From Candidatus Methylomirabilia bacterium (lineage in GTDB: Bacteria > Methylomirabilota > Methylomirabilia > Rokubacteriales > CSP1-6): 64,000 nt of DNA. The notes beneath the pieces were generated by a model, which saw only the letters and a program-made list of their open reading frames with translations, did not search any database and was not told the DNA's origin. The DNA lies in assembly GCA_041496385.1 (NCBI GenBank), contig JBGQEL010000007.1, positions 1 through 64,000 on the forward strand, read 5' to 3'. The translations under genes were made by a program, and so were the position numbers. Of this stretch, positions 27,968 to 38,382 are shown in pieces (the stretch's first letter is position 1; every line of letters starts with the position of its first letter).

Positions 27968-29179
27968 CTACGCGCGGCGCTCCTCCACGAGATACCCCGC
28001 CTCGACGAGGCGCCGTGTGAGCGCCTCGATCTGCGCGCGCCCCGAGGTCTCGAGCGTGAGCTCGACCTCGGTTTCCCCGACCGCACCGCGGGAGAAGGCG
28101 CGGTCGTGCTCGATCCGCAAGATGTTGGCGCGCGCGGCGGCGATGAGCACCGCGAGCCGCGCGAGCTGCCCGGGCTGATCGCGGAGCAGCACGCCGAGAC
28201 GCACGAGGCGGCCGTCCTTGACGAGGCCGCGCTCGATGATGCGCGCGATGACGGTCACGTCGATGTTGCCGCCCGACAGGACGAGCACGACGTTGCGGCC
28301 GGCGAGGCCGAGGGTGCGGTTCAGCAGGGCGGCGAGCGGGGCGGCGCCCGCGCCCTCGACGACCGTCTTTTCGATCTCGAGCAGCAGGAGGATCGCGTTC
28401 GCCAGCTCCTCCTCGTCCACCGTGACGATCTCGTCCACGTGCTTCTGCGCGAGCGCGAACGTATGCTGGCCGACGCGCCGGACGGCGATGCCGTCGGCGA
28501 TCGTCGCGGCAGCGGGCAGCGTGAGCCGCTCGCGCGCCTCGAGCGCGCGCCGCATCGAGGGGAGCGCGGTGGCCTGGACGCCGCCGACGCGGATGTCGGG
28601 CCGGTGGGCCTTGATGGCGAGTGCCATGCCCCCGATCAGCCCGCCACCCCCGACGGGCACGAGGACCGCTTCCATCTCGGGTCGTTGCTCCAGGAGCTCG
28701 AGGCCGAGCGTGCCCTGGCCGGCGATGACCCGCTCGTCGTCGAACGGATGGACGAAGGCGAGCCCGCGCTCGACGTTCACCTCGCGCGCCCGCGCGTAGG
28801 CCTCGTCGTAGTTCGCGCCGTGCAGGATGACCTCGGCGCCGTAGCGGCGCGAGGAGGTCACCTTGATGAGCGGTGCCCACTCGGGCATCACGATGACCGC
28901 CGGAATCCCGAGGCGCGCGGCGTGAAAGGCGACGGCGAGGCCGTGGTTGCCCGCGCTCGCGGTGACGACCCCGCGGGCGCGGGCCGCGGGGTCGAGCTGG
29001 AGAAGCAGGTTGGCGGCGCCACGCTCCTTGAACGAGCCCGTCATCTGCAGATTCTCGAGCTTCACGAAGCAGCGCGCGCCGGACAGCTCGGAGAGCGTCT
29101 GCGAGTAGGGGCAGGGCGTCGCGTAGATCGCGCCCTGGAGCCTGCGGCGAGCGTCGTCGATGTCCTTCAGCTCCAGCAC
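27968..29179 (-). CDS. ilvA: Threonine ammonia-lyase with C-terminal ACT domain
   Basis: KLENLQMTGSFKERGA, ASAGNHG, HPFDD, VGGGGL, LSGGNID. Confidence 0.93.
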   Translation of the reverse strand: MLELKDIDDARRRLQGAIYATPCPYSQTLSELSGARCFVKLENLQMTGSFKERGAANLLLQLDPAARARGVVTASAGNHGLAVAFHAARLGIPAVIVMPEWAPLIKVTSSRRYGAEVILHGANYDEAYARAREVNVERGLAFVHPFDDERVIAGQGTLGLELLEQRPEMEAVLVPVGGGGLIGGMALAIKAHRPDIRVGGVQATALPSMRRALEARERLTLPAAATIADGIAVRRVGQHTFALAQKHVDEIVTVDEEELANAILLLLEIEKTVVEGAGAAPLAALLNRTLGLAGRNVVLVLSGGNIDVTVIARIIERGLVKDGRLVRLGVLLRDQPGQLARLAVLIAAARANILRIEHDRAFSRGAVGETEVELTLETSGRAQIEALTRRLVEAGYLVEERRA

Positions 29180-29181
29180 GC

Positions 29182-30063
29182 CTAGAAGGGGACCTGTGGC
29201 TCGCGGAGCGACGGCGCCATGAGGGCGACGGGCATGAGCGGCGTCGAGTGCGCCCAGCCGATGCGGCCGCGCCAGTCGAGGAGGATGAGGCCGCCCTGCC
29301 CCCGGCCCTCCTCGCCGAGCAGGTCCACGGCGACCTTCGCCGCGTAGTCGGGATCGTCGGCGTCCTGCAGGAAATGCAGCGCCCGCCGCGCGAGGACGAC
29401 CCGGATGATGGCCTCGCCGTCGCCGGTGCACGAGACGCCGCCGATCGCGCTGTCGGCGTACGTGCCGCAGCCGATCAGCGCGCTGTCGCCGACGCGGCCG
29501 GGAAGCTTGCCGGCGAGCCCGCCGGTGGACGTCGCCGCGGCGATCGTGCCCGCCCGGTCGAGCGCGACGGCGCCCACGGTGCCCTTTGCGCCCGCCGCGG
29601 CGCGCTCCTGGTGGCGGGCGAGCTGGCGCTCGGTCACGAGCGCGCGCGGATCGCATTCGGGAACGCCCCCGGCGCGCGCGACGTCGAGGGCGCCGTCGCC
29701 GACGAGAAGCACGTGCCGCGTGCCGTCCATCACGCGCCGGGCGAGGGTGATGGGATTCGCGATGCCGCGCACGGCGCCGACGGCGCCGCAGCGGAGCCGG
29801 TCACCCTCCATGATGGACGCGTCGGTCTCCACCGTGCCCGCCGAAGTCAGGACCGAGCCGCGCCCCGCGTTGAATCGCGGGTGATCCTCGAGCGATCGCA
29901 CGGCAGCCTCGACGGCGTCGAGGGCGCTGCCGCCGGCCGCGAGCACCCTCCATCCCGCGAGCGCGGCGGCCCGCACGCCGCCGCGAAGCTCCTCGCGTCC
30001 GTCCACGGGGTCGGCGCCCGCGCCGCCGTGGACGACGATCGAGGGGACGCGCGCTGGAAGCAT
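29182..30063 (-). CDS. iaaA: Isoaspartyl peptidase / L-asparaginase (Ntn hydrolase)
   Basis: VHGGAG, FNAGRG, GTVGAVA nucleophile, TSTGG, GRVGDS. Confidence 0.9.
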   Translation of the reverse strand: MLPARVPSIVVHGGAGADPVDGREELRGGVRAAALAGWRVLAAGGSALDAVEAAVRSLEDHPRFNAGRGSVLTSAGTVETDASIMEGDRLRCGAVGAVRGIANPITLARRVMDGTRHVLLVGDGALDVARAGGVPECDPRALVTERQLARHQERAAAGAKGTVGAVALDRAGTIAAATSTGGLAGKLPGRVGDSALIGCGTYADSAIGGVSCTGDGEAIIRVVLARRALHFLQDADDPDYAAKVAVDLLGEEGRGQGGLILLDWRGRIGWAHSTPLMPVALMAPSLREPQVPF

Positions 30064-30092
30064 GACCTCCACCGTGTCACAATCGCGCCGCT

Positions 30093-30785
30093 TTGCAAAG
30101 CGCGCTCGAGAGCCTGAATGCACGCATCGTCCGCTGCGCCCGCTGCCCGCGGCTCGTGGCGCATCGGGAGGCCTCGGCCGCCGCGCCGCCGCGACGCTAC
30201 GTGGGCGAGCGCTACTGGGCGCGGCCGCTCCCGGGGTTCGGCGATCCGCGCGCGCGCCTCCTGCTCGTCGGGCTGGCGCCGGCGGCGCACGGCGGCAACC
30301 GCACGGGACGCATGTTCACGGGCGACCGCAGCGGCGACTGGCTCTTCGACGCGCTCCACCACGCGGGCTTTGCCAACCGGCCGGCGTCGCGCCATCGCGA
30401 CGACGGCCTGCGCCTGCGCGACGCGTACATCACCGCGACGATCCGCTGCGCGCCTCCCCTGAACAAGCCGACGCCGGGCGAGGTGAGGCGCTGCGAGCCG
30501 TTCCTCCTCGAGGAGCTGGGGCTCCTGGACCGCGTGCGGGTCGTGGTCGGTCTGGGTCGCATCGGCTGGCAGGCCTACCTGCGCGCCCGGCGCGCGCGCG
30601 GCGCGGCAGGGCCGCGGCGGACACCCCGCTTCGGCCACGGCGCCCTGACGATGTTCGACGACGGCGTCACGCTGATCGCCTCGTACCACCCGAGCCAGCA
30701 GAACACGTTCACAGGCAGGCTCACGCGCCCCATGCTGCGTGGCGTGTTCCGCAAGGCCCGGCGGCTCCTGGCGGCGACACGGTGA
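30093..30785 (+). CDS. udgB: Uracil-DNA glycosylase family 5
   Basis: CxxC Fe-S ligands, GLAPAAHGGNRTGRMFTGD, YHPSQQN. Confidence 0.9.
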   Translation: MQSALESLNARIVRCARCPRLVAHREASAAAPPRRYVGERYWARPLPGFGDPRARLLLVGLAPAAHGGNRTGRMFTGDRSGDWLFDALHHAGFANRPASRHRDDGLRLRDAYITATIRCAPPLNKPTPGEVRRCEPFLLEELGLLDRVRVVVGLGRIGWQAYLRARRARGAAGPRRTPRFGHGALTMFDDGVTLIASYHPSQQNTFTGRLTRPMLRGVFRKARRLLAATR

Positions 30786-31192
30786 AGACCTCGCTCTATC
30801 ACGTCCAGCTGAACGTGACGGCGGCCGCGCGCTCGGTACCCTTCGACGCGGCCCTGCTCGAGTACTTCGAATACCGCACGCTCGTGGCGGCCCGCGACGC
30901 CATGGGCATGAGCAACGGCACGACGGACGTCTGGATCGTCACGGCCGCGGGCGAGCACGCCGCGCGCGGCTTCCACCGGAAGCGCCCGGGGCTGAACCAT
31001 CTCGCGTTCGGCGTCGGCTCGCGGCACGACGTGGACACGTTTCACCGCGAGTTCCTCGTCACGCGCGGCGTCCCCGCCCTCTACGGGCCGCCGCGCGACT
31101 ACCCGGAGTACCGGCCAGGCTACTACGCGGTGTTCTTCGAGGATCCCGACCGGCTCAAGCTCGAGGTCGCCCACGTGCCCGGGCGGACGTGA
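30782..31192 (+). CDS. VOC/glyoxalase family protein
   Basis: HVQLNV, GLNHLAF, YYAVFFEDPDRLKLE. Confidence 0.85.
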   Translation: MKTSLYHVQLNVTAAARSVPFDAALLEYFEYRTLVAARDAMGMSNGTTDVWIVTAAGEHAARGFHRKRPGLNHLAFGVGSRHDVDTFHREFLVTRGVPALYGPPRDYPEYRPGYYAVFFEDPDRLKLEVAHVPGRT

Positions 31193-31214
31193 GTTGAGGC
31201 GGAGCCGCGGGGCC

Positions 31215-32258
31215 TCAGTCCACGAGATCGGAGGGCAGGCGGGGGCGCTCGGCGACGGTGAGGGTCAGCTCACGGCTCTGGCCGTCGCGCGTGAGCGTGA
31301 CGCGCACGCGCTGGCCGGGCTTGAGCGTGCGCACCTTCGCGACGTAGTCCTGGTGGCTCCGGATCGGGGAGCCCTGGATCGCGACCAGGATGTCGCCGCC
31401 GAGAAGATACTCCTCGCCCTGCACGATGACCGAGGTGGTGCCGCCGCGCACGCCGGCGCGCTCGGCGGGGCTTCCATCGTAGACCAGCTCGACCAGGTAG
31501 CCCTCGACCAGTGGCAGCCGGATCATCGTCGACAGCCGGGCGTCCACCTCGCGGCCCTGCATGCCGAGCCACGGGCGCACGACGCGGCCGACGTCCCGCA
31601 GCTCGCGCAGGACCGCCTTCGCGCTGTTGATGGGAACCGAGAACCCGATCGATTGCGCCTCTTCGGAGATGAAGGTGTTGATGCCGATGACGGTGCCGCA
31701 GCGGTCCACCAGCGGGCCGCCGGAGTTGCCCGGGTTGATCGGCGCGTCGGTCTGGATCAGCGGCTGCTCGGACAGGCCGGGCAGGAGCCGATTGAGACCG
31801 CTCACGATCCCGCGCGTCATCGTCTGCTCGAGCCCGATCGGGTTGCCGATGGCGGCGACCTCGTCGCCCACGCGGAGCTGGGCCGAGTCCCCGAGGCGCG
31901 CGACGGGCAGCGGCGTCGCCGCCTCGACGCGGATGAGCGCCAGATCGAGCAGCGAGTCGAGACCGATCAGGCGCGCCGGCGCCTTCGTCCCCGAGTCGAG
32001 CGTGACGGTGAGCGAGGTCGCGCCGTCCACGACGTGCGCGTTCGTCAGCACCTGGCCGTCGCGCTCGATGAGGACGCCCGAGCCGACGATCGTCTCGAAG
32101 CGTCGCTGCGGCTTCGCCTTGTTGATCTTCGTCGACTGGATCGAGACGACGGCCGGCGAGACCCGCTCGAACACGGTCGCGAACGGTTCGTTGCATTGCT
32201 GGGCCGCGGCGACGGAGGGAACGGCGAGCAGGATCAGGAGCAGCACGCGGCGACGCAT
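31215..32258 (-). CDS. HtrA/DegP-like periplasmic serine protease with PDZ domain
   Basis: Signal peptide, TNAHVV, DLALI, INPGNSGGPL. Confidence 0.93.
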   Translation of the reverse strand: MRRRVLLLILLAVPSVAAAQQCNEPFATVFERVSPAVVSIQSTKINKAKPQRRFETIVGSGVLIERDGQVLTNAHVVDGATSLTVTLDSGTKAPARLIGLDSLLDLALIRVEAATPLPVARLGDSAQLRVGDEVAAIGNPIGLEQTMTRGIVSGLNRLLPGLSEQPLIQTDAPINPGNSGGPLVDRCGTVIGINTFISEEAQSIGFSVPINSAKAVLRELRDVGRVVRPWLGMQGREVDARLSTMIRLPLVEGYLVELVYDGSPAERAGVRGGTTSVIVQGEEYLLGGDILVAIQGSPIRSHQDYVAKVRTLKPGQRVRVTLTRDGQSRELTLTVAERPRLPSDLVD

Positions 32259-32282
32259 CGCCCCGGATGATACACTAACCGC

Positions 32283-33590
32283 GTGACGCGCACCCTCGCG
32301 ATCCTCCTCGCGCTGTCGCTCGGGCTCCCGGCGACCGTCGGCGCCGCGGACGGCGTGGTCACCGCGACGCTCGACAACGGTCTCCGCGTGCTGCTGCTCG
32401 AGGACCATCGGAGCCCGATCGTCTCCTTCCAGGTGTGGTATCGCGTCGGCTCGCGCAACGAGCAGCGGGGCGCCACCGGGATCGCGCACTTCCTGGAGCA
32501 CATGATGTTCAAGGGCACCCCGACCTACGGGCGCGGCCAGTTCGCGCGCCTCGTCGAGCAGAACGGCGGGCAGGACAACGCCTTCACCTCGCAGGACGTC
32601 ACCTCGTACTACGTGAACATCGCCAGTGACCGCCTGGACCTCGTCGTCGAGCTCGAGGCGGATCGCATGCAGAACCTCCTCCTCGATCCGAAGGAGATCG
32701 AGTCGGAGCGGCAGGTGGTGATCGAGGAGCGCCGCACGCGCACCGAGGACGACCCCGGCGGATACCTCGGCGAGGAGGTCGGCTCGCTCGCCTTCAAGGC
32801 CCACCCGTACGGCTACCCGATCATCGGCTGGATGGAGGACATCAGCCGGATCACGCCGGCCGAGATCCGTGCCTTTCACAACGTCTACTACGTCCCGAAC
32901 AACGCGATCGTCGTTGCCGTCGGCGACTTCCAGGCGGCGGACGCGCTCGACCGGATCACGCGGCGGTTCGGGCGGATCCCACGCGGGTCCGAGCCGCCGC
33001 CCGTTCTCCCAATCGAGCCGCCGCCGAACGGCGAGCGGCGCGCCGTTGTCCGCAAGCAGGCGGAGCTGCCCATCGTCTACCTGGCCTGGCACGTGCCCAA
33101 CCAGCAATCGGCGGACGCGGCGGCCCTCGAGGTGCTCTCGACGATTCTCGCCGGCGGCCGCGCCTCGCGGCTCTACAAGGAGCTCGTCTACCGGCGGCTC
33201 GCGCTCGATGCCGGCGGCGACTACTCGTGGTTCTCCATCGATCCGAACCTCTTCTGGTTCTGGGCCACGCCGATGCCCGGGCAGACGCCCGAGACGCTCG
33301 AGAAGGAGCTCCTGGCGCAGATCGCGCGGCTGAAGGCCGAGCCCGTGACCGACGAGGAGCTGGCCCGCGCCAAGAATCAGATCGAGGCGTCGTTCGCGTT
33401 CCAGGAGGACTCCATCCACCGCCGCGCCTCGCTCCTCGCGCGCTTCGAGGTGATCGGCGGGCATCAGCTGAAGGACGGATTCCTCGCGAAGGTGCGCGCG
33501 GTCACCGCGGCGGACCTGCAGCGCGTGACCGGCGCCTGGTTCCCGGAGGACAAGCGAACCGTCGGCGTCCTCCTGCCGGCGTCGCCGTGA
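32283..33590 (+). CDS. M16 family Zn-peptidase, catalytic subunit
   Basis: Signal peptide, AHFLEHMMFKG (HxxEH), NAFTS. Confidence 0.93.
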   Translation: MTRTLAILLALSLGLPATVGAADGVVTATLDNGLRVLLLEDHRSPIVSFQVWYRVGSRNEQRGATGIAHFLEHMMFKGTPTYGRGQFARLVEQNGGQDNAFTSQDVTSYYVNIASDRLDLVVELEADRMQNLLLDPKEIESERQVVIEERRTRTEDDPGGYLGEEVGSLAFKAHPYGYPIIGWMEDISRITPAEIRAFHNVYYVPNNAIVVAVGDFQAADALDRITRRFGRIPRGSEPPPVLPIEPPPNGERRAVVRKQAELPIVYLAWHVPNQQSADAAALEVLSTILAGGRASRLYKELVYRRLALDAGGDYSWFSIDPNLFWFWATPMPGQTPETLEKELLAQIARLKAEPVTDEELARAKNQIEASFAFQEDSIHRRASLLARFEVIGGHQLKDGFLAKVRAVTAADLQRVTGAWFPEDKRTVGVLLPASP

Positions 33591-34894
33591 TACCTGTCAC
33601 GCTCCGGCTCGCCGCGCTCCTGTTCCTCCTCATCACGGCGGCGCCCGCAGCGGCGGCGCCGCTCGCGCACCGCGAGGTGCTGCCGAACGGCATCGTGCTG
33701 CTCGTCGCTGAGCGTCCCGCCGTGCCGATCGTCGCCGTCCGGGTCCTCGTCAGGGCGGGCGCGGCCTTCGACCCGCCCGACCGCGCCGGCCTCGCGAACC
33801 TGACGGGCGCCCTCCTCACGCGTGGCACCTCCCGGCGCTCGGGTCCAGACCTCGACGGGGCGATCGAGTTCGTGGGGGGGACCCTCGAGGCGGGGGCGGC
33901 GCGCGACCACCTCACCGCCTCGCTCCGCGTCTTGAAAAAGGATCTGGCGCTCGGTCTCGATCTGCTCTCGGAGGTGGTCCTCGCCCCGACGTTCCCGCAG
34001 GACGAGGTGACGCGGAAGATCGCCGAGATCCAGGCGGGGATCAAGCGCTCCGAGGAGGACCCCGGAACGGTCGCAGCGCGCGAGCTGGCGCGGCTCGTCT
34101 TCCCCGGACATCCGTACGGCGCGCCGGTCGAGGGGACGCGCGAGTCCGTGGCGCGGCTCACGCGCGACGACGTCGTGCGCTTCCACGCCGAGCGGTTTCG
34201 CCCGGACGCGGCGATCGTCGCCGTCGTCGGCGCGGTCACGGTGGACGAAGCACGTCGCGCCATCATGGGACGCTTTGGCGCCTGGCGGCGCCCGGGGTCG
34301 CCGCCGGTCGCGGTCGCCGACGCGGTCCCGGGGTCGGCGCCGCGTGAAGAGAACGTCACGCGCGACCTCACGCAGTCCACGATCATGTTCGGGCGCCAGG
34401 CGATCCGCCAGACGCATCCCGACTATTTCCCGCTGGTGGTGGCCTCCTACGTCCTCGGCGGTGGCTCGGCCTCGCGCCTCTACTCGCGCGTCCGCGAAGA
34501 GGGAGGGCTCGCCTATTCCGTGTACAGCTACGTCTCGCCCTCCCGGTACGCCGCGGCCTTCATCGTCAGCGCGCAGACGCGGACGGCCGAGGTGGTGCGC
34601 GTCAAGACGCTTCTCCGGGAGGAGCTCTCGCGGATGATCCGCGAGCCCGTCACCGACGCCGAGCTGGGCCTCGCCAAGTCGTACCTTATCGGCAGCTTTC
34701 CCCTCCGCCTCGACACGTCGGGCAAGGTCGCCGACTTCATCACCGCCGTCGAGGAGCTGGGGCTCGGACTCGACTACCCGGACCGCTACAAGGACCGCGT
34801 GGGCAAGGTGACGGCGCGCGACATCCAGCGCGTCGCCGCCACGTACTTCGACCCGGAGGCCTTCAACCGCATCGTGGTCGGCAAGGCCCCGTGA
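33587..34894 (+). CDS. M16 family peptidase, non-catalytic partner subunit
   Basis: No HxxEH (GLANLT); SRLY..VREE.GLAY; GTGA overlap. Confidence 0.9.
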   Translation: MIPVTLRLAALLFLLITAAPAAAAPLAHREVLPNGIVLLVAERPAVPIVAVRVLVRAGAAFDPPDRAGLANLTGALLTRGTSRRSGPDLDGAIEFVGGTLEAGAARDHLTASLRVLKKDLALGLDLLSEVVLAPTFPQDEVTRKIAEIQAGIKRSEEDPGTVAARELARLVFPGHPYGAPVEGTRESVARLTRDDVVRFHAERFRPDAAIVAVVGAVTVDEARRAIMGRFGAWRRPGSPPVAVADAVPGSAPREENVTRDLTQSTIMFGRQAIRQTHPDYFPLVVASYVLGGGSASRLYSRVREEGGLAYSVYSYVSPSRYAAAFIVSAQTRTAEVVRVKTLLREELSRMIREPVTDAELGLAKSYLIGSFPLRLDTSGKVADFITAVEELGLGLDYPDRYKDRVGKVTARDIQRVAATYFDPEAFNRIVVGKAP

Positions 34895-35469
34895 GGCCCC
34901 GCGCGTTCGCGGCGGCGGCGCTCGGGGCGGTGGCCCTTCTCGGCGGCGCGCCAGCCCTCGCGGCGTCGTTCGTGCTCGCGTCCGGCGACCGGGAGAGCGC
35001 GCTCCGCGTGGGGCGGCGCGCCGTGACGAACGACGCATTCGACACCGAGTGGCGCGTCGCGAACGGCGCCGGCGACAGCGCGATGGTCGTGACGCCCTTC
35101 CACCGCCTCGTCCTGGCCGCGCGGCACGCCGCGTTCCGGAACGAGCGGATGAAGCCGGACGAGCCCGAGCGGCTCCTGCGCGAGCAGCAGGACCGCCTCC
35201 TGATCTGGACCCAGCTCCGCGGCCCTCGAGAGGATTTCGCGCGCTTCTACGCGCCCCGGCTGCTTCTGGGCGACCGCGAGATCGAGCCCGCCTTCGTCCA
35301 GAACGAGCGCACGGCCGCGCGCCAGGACACGGGCGGCTACCTCGCGCGGTGCGTCTACGCCTTTCCGACCCGGGACCTCACCGGGAGGTCGCGCGTCCTG
35401 CTGGTCGTTCGCGACGCCGATGGCCGCGACGTCAGCCGCTTCACGATCGATCTGTCCACGATGCGTTGA
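34891..35469 (+). CDS. Hypothetical exported protein
   Basis: Signal peptide (ALA-A); GTGA-coupled to the M16 operon. Confidence 0.7.
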   Translation: MRPRAFAAAALGAVALLGGAPALAASFVLASGDRESALRVGRRAVTNDAFDTEWRVANGAGDSAMVVTPFHRLVLAARHAAFRNERMKPDEPERLLREQQDRLLIWTQLRGPREDFARFYAPRLLLGDREIEPAFVQNERTAARQDTGGYLARCVYAFPTRDLTGRSRVLLVVRDADGRDVSRFTIDLSTMR

Positions 35470-35475
35470 CGGGAC

Positions 35476-36357
35476 ATGCGGCGCGCGATGGTGACGAGGG
35501 CCGCCTTCCCCCTCCACGGATACGCCGGGGCGGCGGTGATCGTCGGCGCCGAGGCGTTGCTGGTCGCTGGCTCTCCCGTCGTCGGCCGGTGGTTCACGCC
35601 GATCGTGTGGACCGGCTACGTTCTCCTCATGGACGCGGTCGTGGCGCGACTCACCGGCCGCTCCTACCTCACGACCGACCGCCTGGAGGGCGTGCTGGTT
35701 GCCCTGGCGTCGGTCGCGTGCTGGTGGCTCTTCGAGTGGTACAACGCCCCTCGCTTCTGGCGCGGCGGCGCCGACGCGGCCGGCCTCTGGTGGCAGTACC
35801 ACGGTCTGGAGCCCGATCTCTTCCTGCGCCGGGTCGGCTACGACTGGTCCTTCGCGACGATCTTTCCCGGGCTCTTCCTGACTGCGGCGGCCCTGCGCGC
35901 CACGGTGTTCGCGCAGGCCCGGGTCAGGCCCTGGCGCCCGCCCGACGGGTTCCTGACGCTGTCCGTCGCCGTCGGCGCGCTGAGCGCCGCGCTTCCGCTG
36001 CTGCTCGTCTCCGTGTGGCTCGTGCCGCTCGTCTGGACGAGCTGGGCCCTCTTGCTGGAGCCGCTGAACCGCCGGCGCGGGCGCCCCTCCTGGCTCGCTG
36101 ACCTGGGGGCGGGCGACGCGTCGCGACTGCTCTCGCTCCTCGGCAGCGGTCTCGTGTGCGGGCTGCTCTGGGAGTTCTGGAACTACTGGGCGCGGACCAG
36201 GTGGACATACACGGTGCCGTACCCGCCCGACGTGAAGCTGTTCGAGATGCCGGTGCTCGGCTATCTCGGCTTCCTGCCGTTCGCCCTCGAGTGCTTCGCC
36301 CTGTATCACTGGCTTCGCGGCCTCCTGGGCGAGGGGTGGCGGAGCCCGGTGCTATAA
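35476..36357 (+). CDS. Trp-rich integral membrane hypothetical protein
   Basis: Multiple TM segments, LWEFWNYWA and LFEMPVLGYLGF motifs. Confidence 0.75.
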   Translation: MRRAMVTRAAFPLHGYAGAAVIVGAEALLVAGSPVVGRWFTPIVWTGYVLLMDAVVARLTGRSYLTTDRLEGVLVALASVACWWLFEWYNAPRFWRGGADAAGLWWQYHGLEPDLFLRRVGYDWSFATIFPGLFLTAAALRATVFAQARVRPWRPPDGFLTLSVAVGALSAALPLLLVSVWLVPLVWTSWALLLEPLNRRRGRPSWLADLGAGDASRLLSLLGSGLVCGLLWEFWNYWARTRWTYTVPYPPDVKLFEMPVLGYLGFLPFALECFALYHWLRGLLGEGWRSPVL

Positions 36358-36393
36358 TCCGCTCCGCGAAACCCGACCACGGAGGTCATTCCC

Positions 36394-37362
36394 ATGAAAG
36401 CCATTCGTGTGCACGCTCCCGGCGGTCCCGAGGCGCTCAAGTACGAGGATGTTCCCGAGCCCACCCCGAAGGCGGGTGAGGCGGTCGTCAAGGTCGACGC
36501 CGCCGGGCTCAACTACATCGACGTCTACCAGCGTAGCGGCCTCTACAAGCTCGAACTGCCGATCACGCTCGGGCTCGAGGCCGGCGGCGCCGTGACCGCC
36601 GTGGGCTCGGGCGTCAGCGAGGTGAAGGTCGGCGACAAAGTCGCCTACACGGGCGTTCCCGGCGCGTACGCGCAGTACGCCGCGGTGCCCGCGCAGCGCT
36701 TGGTCGTGCTGCCGGCGGGGCTCAGCACCAAGCAGGGCGCCGCGATGATGCTCCAGGGGATGACCGCCCACTACCTCGCGTGCTCCACCTACCCGCTGAA
36801 GAAGGGCGACACCTGCCTCGTCCACGCAGCGGCGGGCGGCGTCGGGCTCATCCTCTGCCAGATCGCCAGGATGCGGGGCGCGCGCGTCATCGGCACGGTG
36901 TCCACCGACGAGAAGGCCAAGCTCGCGCGCGACGCGGGGGCCGACGAGGTCATCCTGTACACCACGCAGGACTTCGAGGCGGAGGTGAAGCGGATCACGG
37001 GCGGCAAGGGCTGCCAGGTCGTCTATGACTCGGTCGGCAAGACGACGTTCGACAAGGGGTTCAACTGCCTCGCGCCGCGTGGTCTGATGGCGCTCTACGG
37101 ACAGTCCAGTGGCCCCATCGGTGCCTTCGACCCCCAGACGCTCAACGCCAAGGGCTCGCTCTTCCTCACGCGCCCGAGCCTCGGCCACTACATCGCGACG
37201 CGCGAGGAGCTCGTGCAGCGCGCGACGGAACTCGCCGGATGGATCACGTCGGGTAAGCTCCGGCTCCGGATGGAGTTCGAGTTCCCGCTGAAGGATGCCG
37301 CCGACGCGCACCGCGCCCTCGAGGGCCGGAAGACGACGGGCAAAGTCATCCTGGTGCCGTGA
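36394..37362 (+). CDS. qor: NADPH:quinone oxidoreductase (zeta-crystallin MDR)
   Basis: [38 protein letters not shown] and GGAGG upstream. Confidence 0.92.
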   Translation: MKAIRVHAPGGPEALKYEDVPEPTPKAGEAVVKVDAAGLNYIDVYQRSGLYKLELPITLGLEAGGAVTAVGSGVSEVKVGDKVAYTGVPGAYAQYAAVPAQRLVVLPAGLSTKQGAAMMLQGMTAHYLACSTYPLKKGDTCLVHAAAGGVGLILCQIARMRGARVIGTVSTDEKAKLARDAGADEVILYTTQDFEAEVKRITGGKGCQVVYDSVGKTTFDKGFNCLAPRGLMALYGQSSGPIGAFDPQTLNAKGSLFLTRPSLGHYIATREELVQRATELAGWITSGKLRLRMEFEFPLKDAADAHRALEGRKTTGKVILVP

Positions 37363-37430
37363 ACGGGGAGTCCCGGAAGAGGGAGTTCCGCCCGCTGAGC
37401 TAGGCTAGAATGGACCCTGGAGGTGCGCCC

Positions 37431-38363
37431 ATGAAATCTCGAGCCCTTCTGACCCTGCTTGGACTGGGCCTTGCGTCTTTGATTCTGCTGGATGCCGGGA
37501 GCGTCTGGGCGCGTGCGACGGGCGGCGGCAGCCGCGGCTCGCGCTCCTACTCGGCGCCCGCGAGCCCTTCGCCGTCTCCGATGTCCCCCTCGAACCCGAC
37601 GAGCCCCTCGCGCACGTTCGCTCAGCCCCCGCCGCAGCGCCCGAGCTTCTTCGGCGGCCTGATGGGCGGCATCGCGGGCTTCGCCCTCGGCGGCCTCATC
37701 GGTTCCATGCTGTTCGGCGGGATGGGCGGAGGCCTCGGCGGCGGCATCGGCCTCCTCGAGATCCTGCTGGTCGGCGGCGGCGTGTTCCTGTTGATGCGCA
37801 TGATCCGCTCGCGCCAGAGCGAGCCCCAGCCCGCCTACGCGGGAGCAAGCGCCTACGGCGGCGAGAGCCAGGGCTCGCCGGGCGGTGGTGTCGCGGTCGA
37901 GACGCCGGCGGCGCCCTCCGATCTCGAGCGCGGCGTCGGCTACCTCCGTCAGATGGATCCGGGCTTCGATTCGGTCGCGTTCGCCCAGTGGGCGCAGCGC
38001 ACGTTCGCGGACGTCCAGGACGGGATCACCCGCCGGGACCTGGGCCTCGTGGGCGACCGGCTTACGCCGCAGGAGTACGCGCGTCTGCAGGGCCAGTGCG
38101 ACCAGCTCCGCGGCGCGCGGCAGACGAACCGCGTGGAGCAGATCCAGTTCAAGCGCGTCGAGCTGACCGAGGCGTGGCAGGAGAGCGGCCAGGACTGGGC
38201 GACGGTCTACGTCACGGCCTCGCTCGCCGACTACACCGTGGACGACTCGACCGGCGGGCTCGTGGACGGTTCGAAGACTCCCCAGGACATCGCGGAGTAC
38301 TGGACCTTCACGCGGCCCGTGGGTCCGAAGCCCTGGCGTCTATCGGCGATCCAGGCGTCGTAA
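37431..38363 (+). CDS. Tim44-like domain protein
   Basis: Signal peptide, GSRGSRS, Gly-rich TM, DPGFD..., EYWTFTR, WRLSAIQ. Confidence 0.85.
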   Translation: MKSRALLTLLGLGLASLILLDAGSVWARATGGGSRGSRSYSAPASPSPSPMSPSNPTSPSRTFAQPPPQRPSFFGGLMGGIAGFALGGLIGSMLFGGMGGGLGGGIGLLEILLVGGGVFLLMRMIRSRQSEPQPAYAGASAYGGESQGSPGGGVAVETPAAPSDLERGVGYLRQMDPGFDSVAFAQWAQRTFADVQDGITRRDLGLVGDRLTPQEYARLQGQCDQLRGARQTNRVEQIQFKRVELTEAWQESGQDWATVYVTASLADYTVDDSTGGLVDGSKTPQDIAEYWTFTRPVGPKPWRLSAIQAS

Positions 38364-38382
38364 CCGTTCTCGGGGGTGCGCG

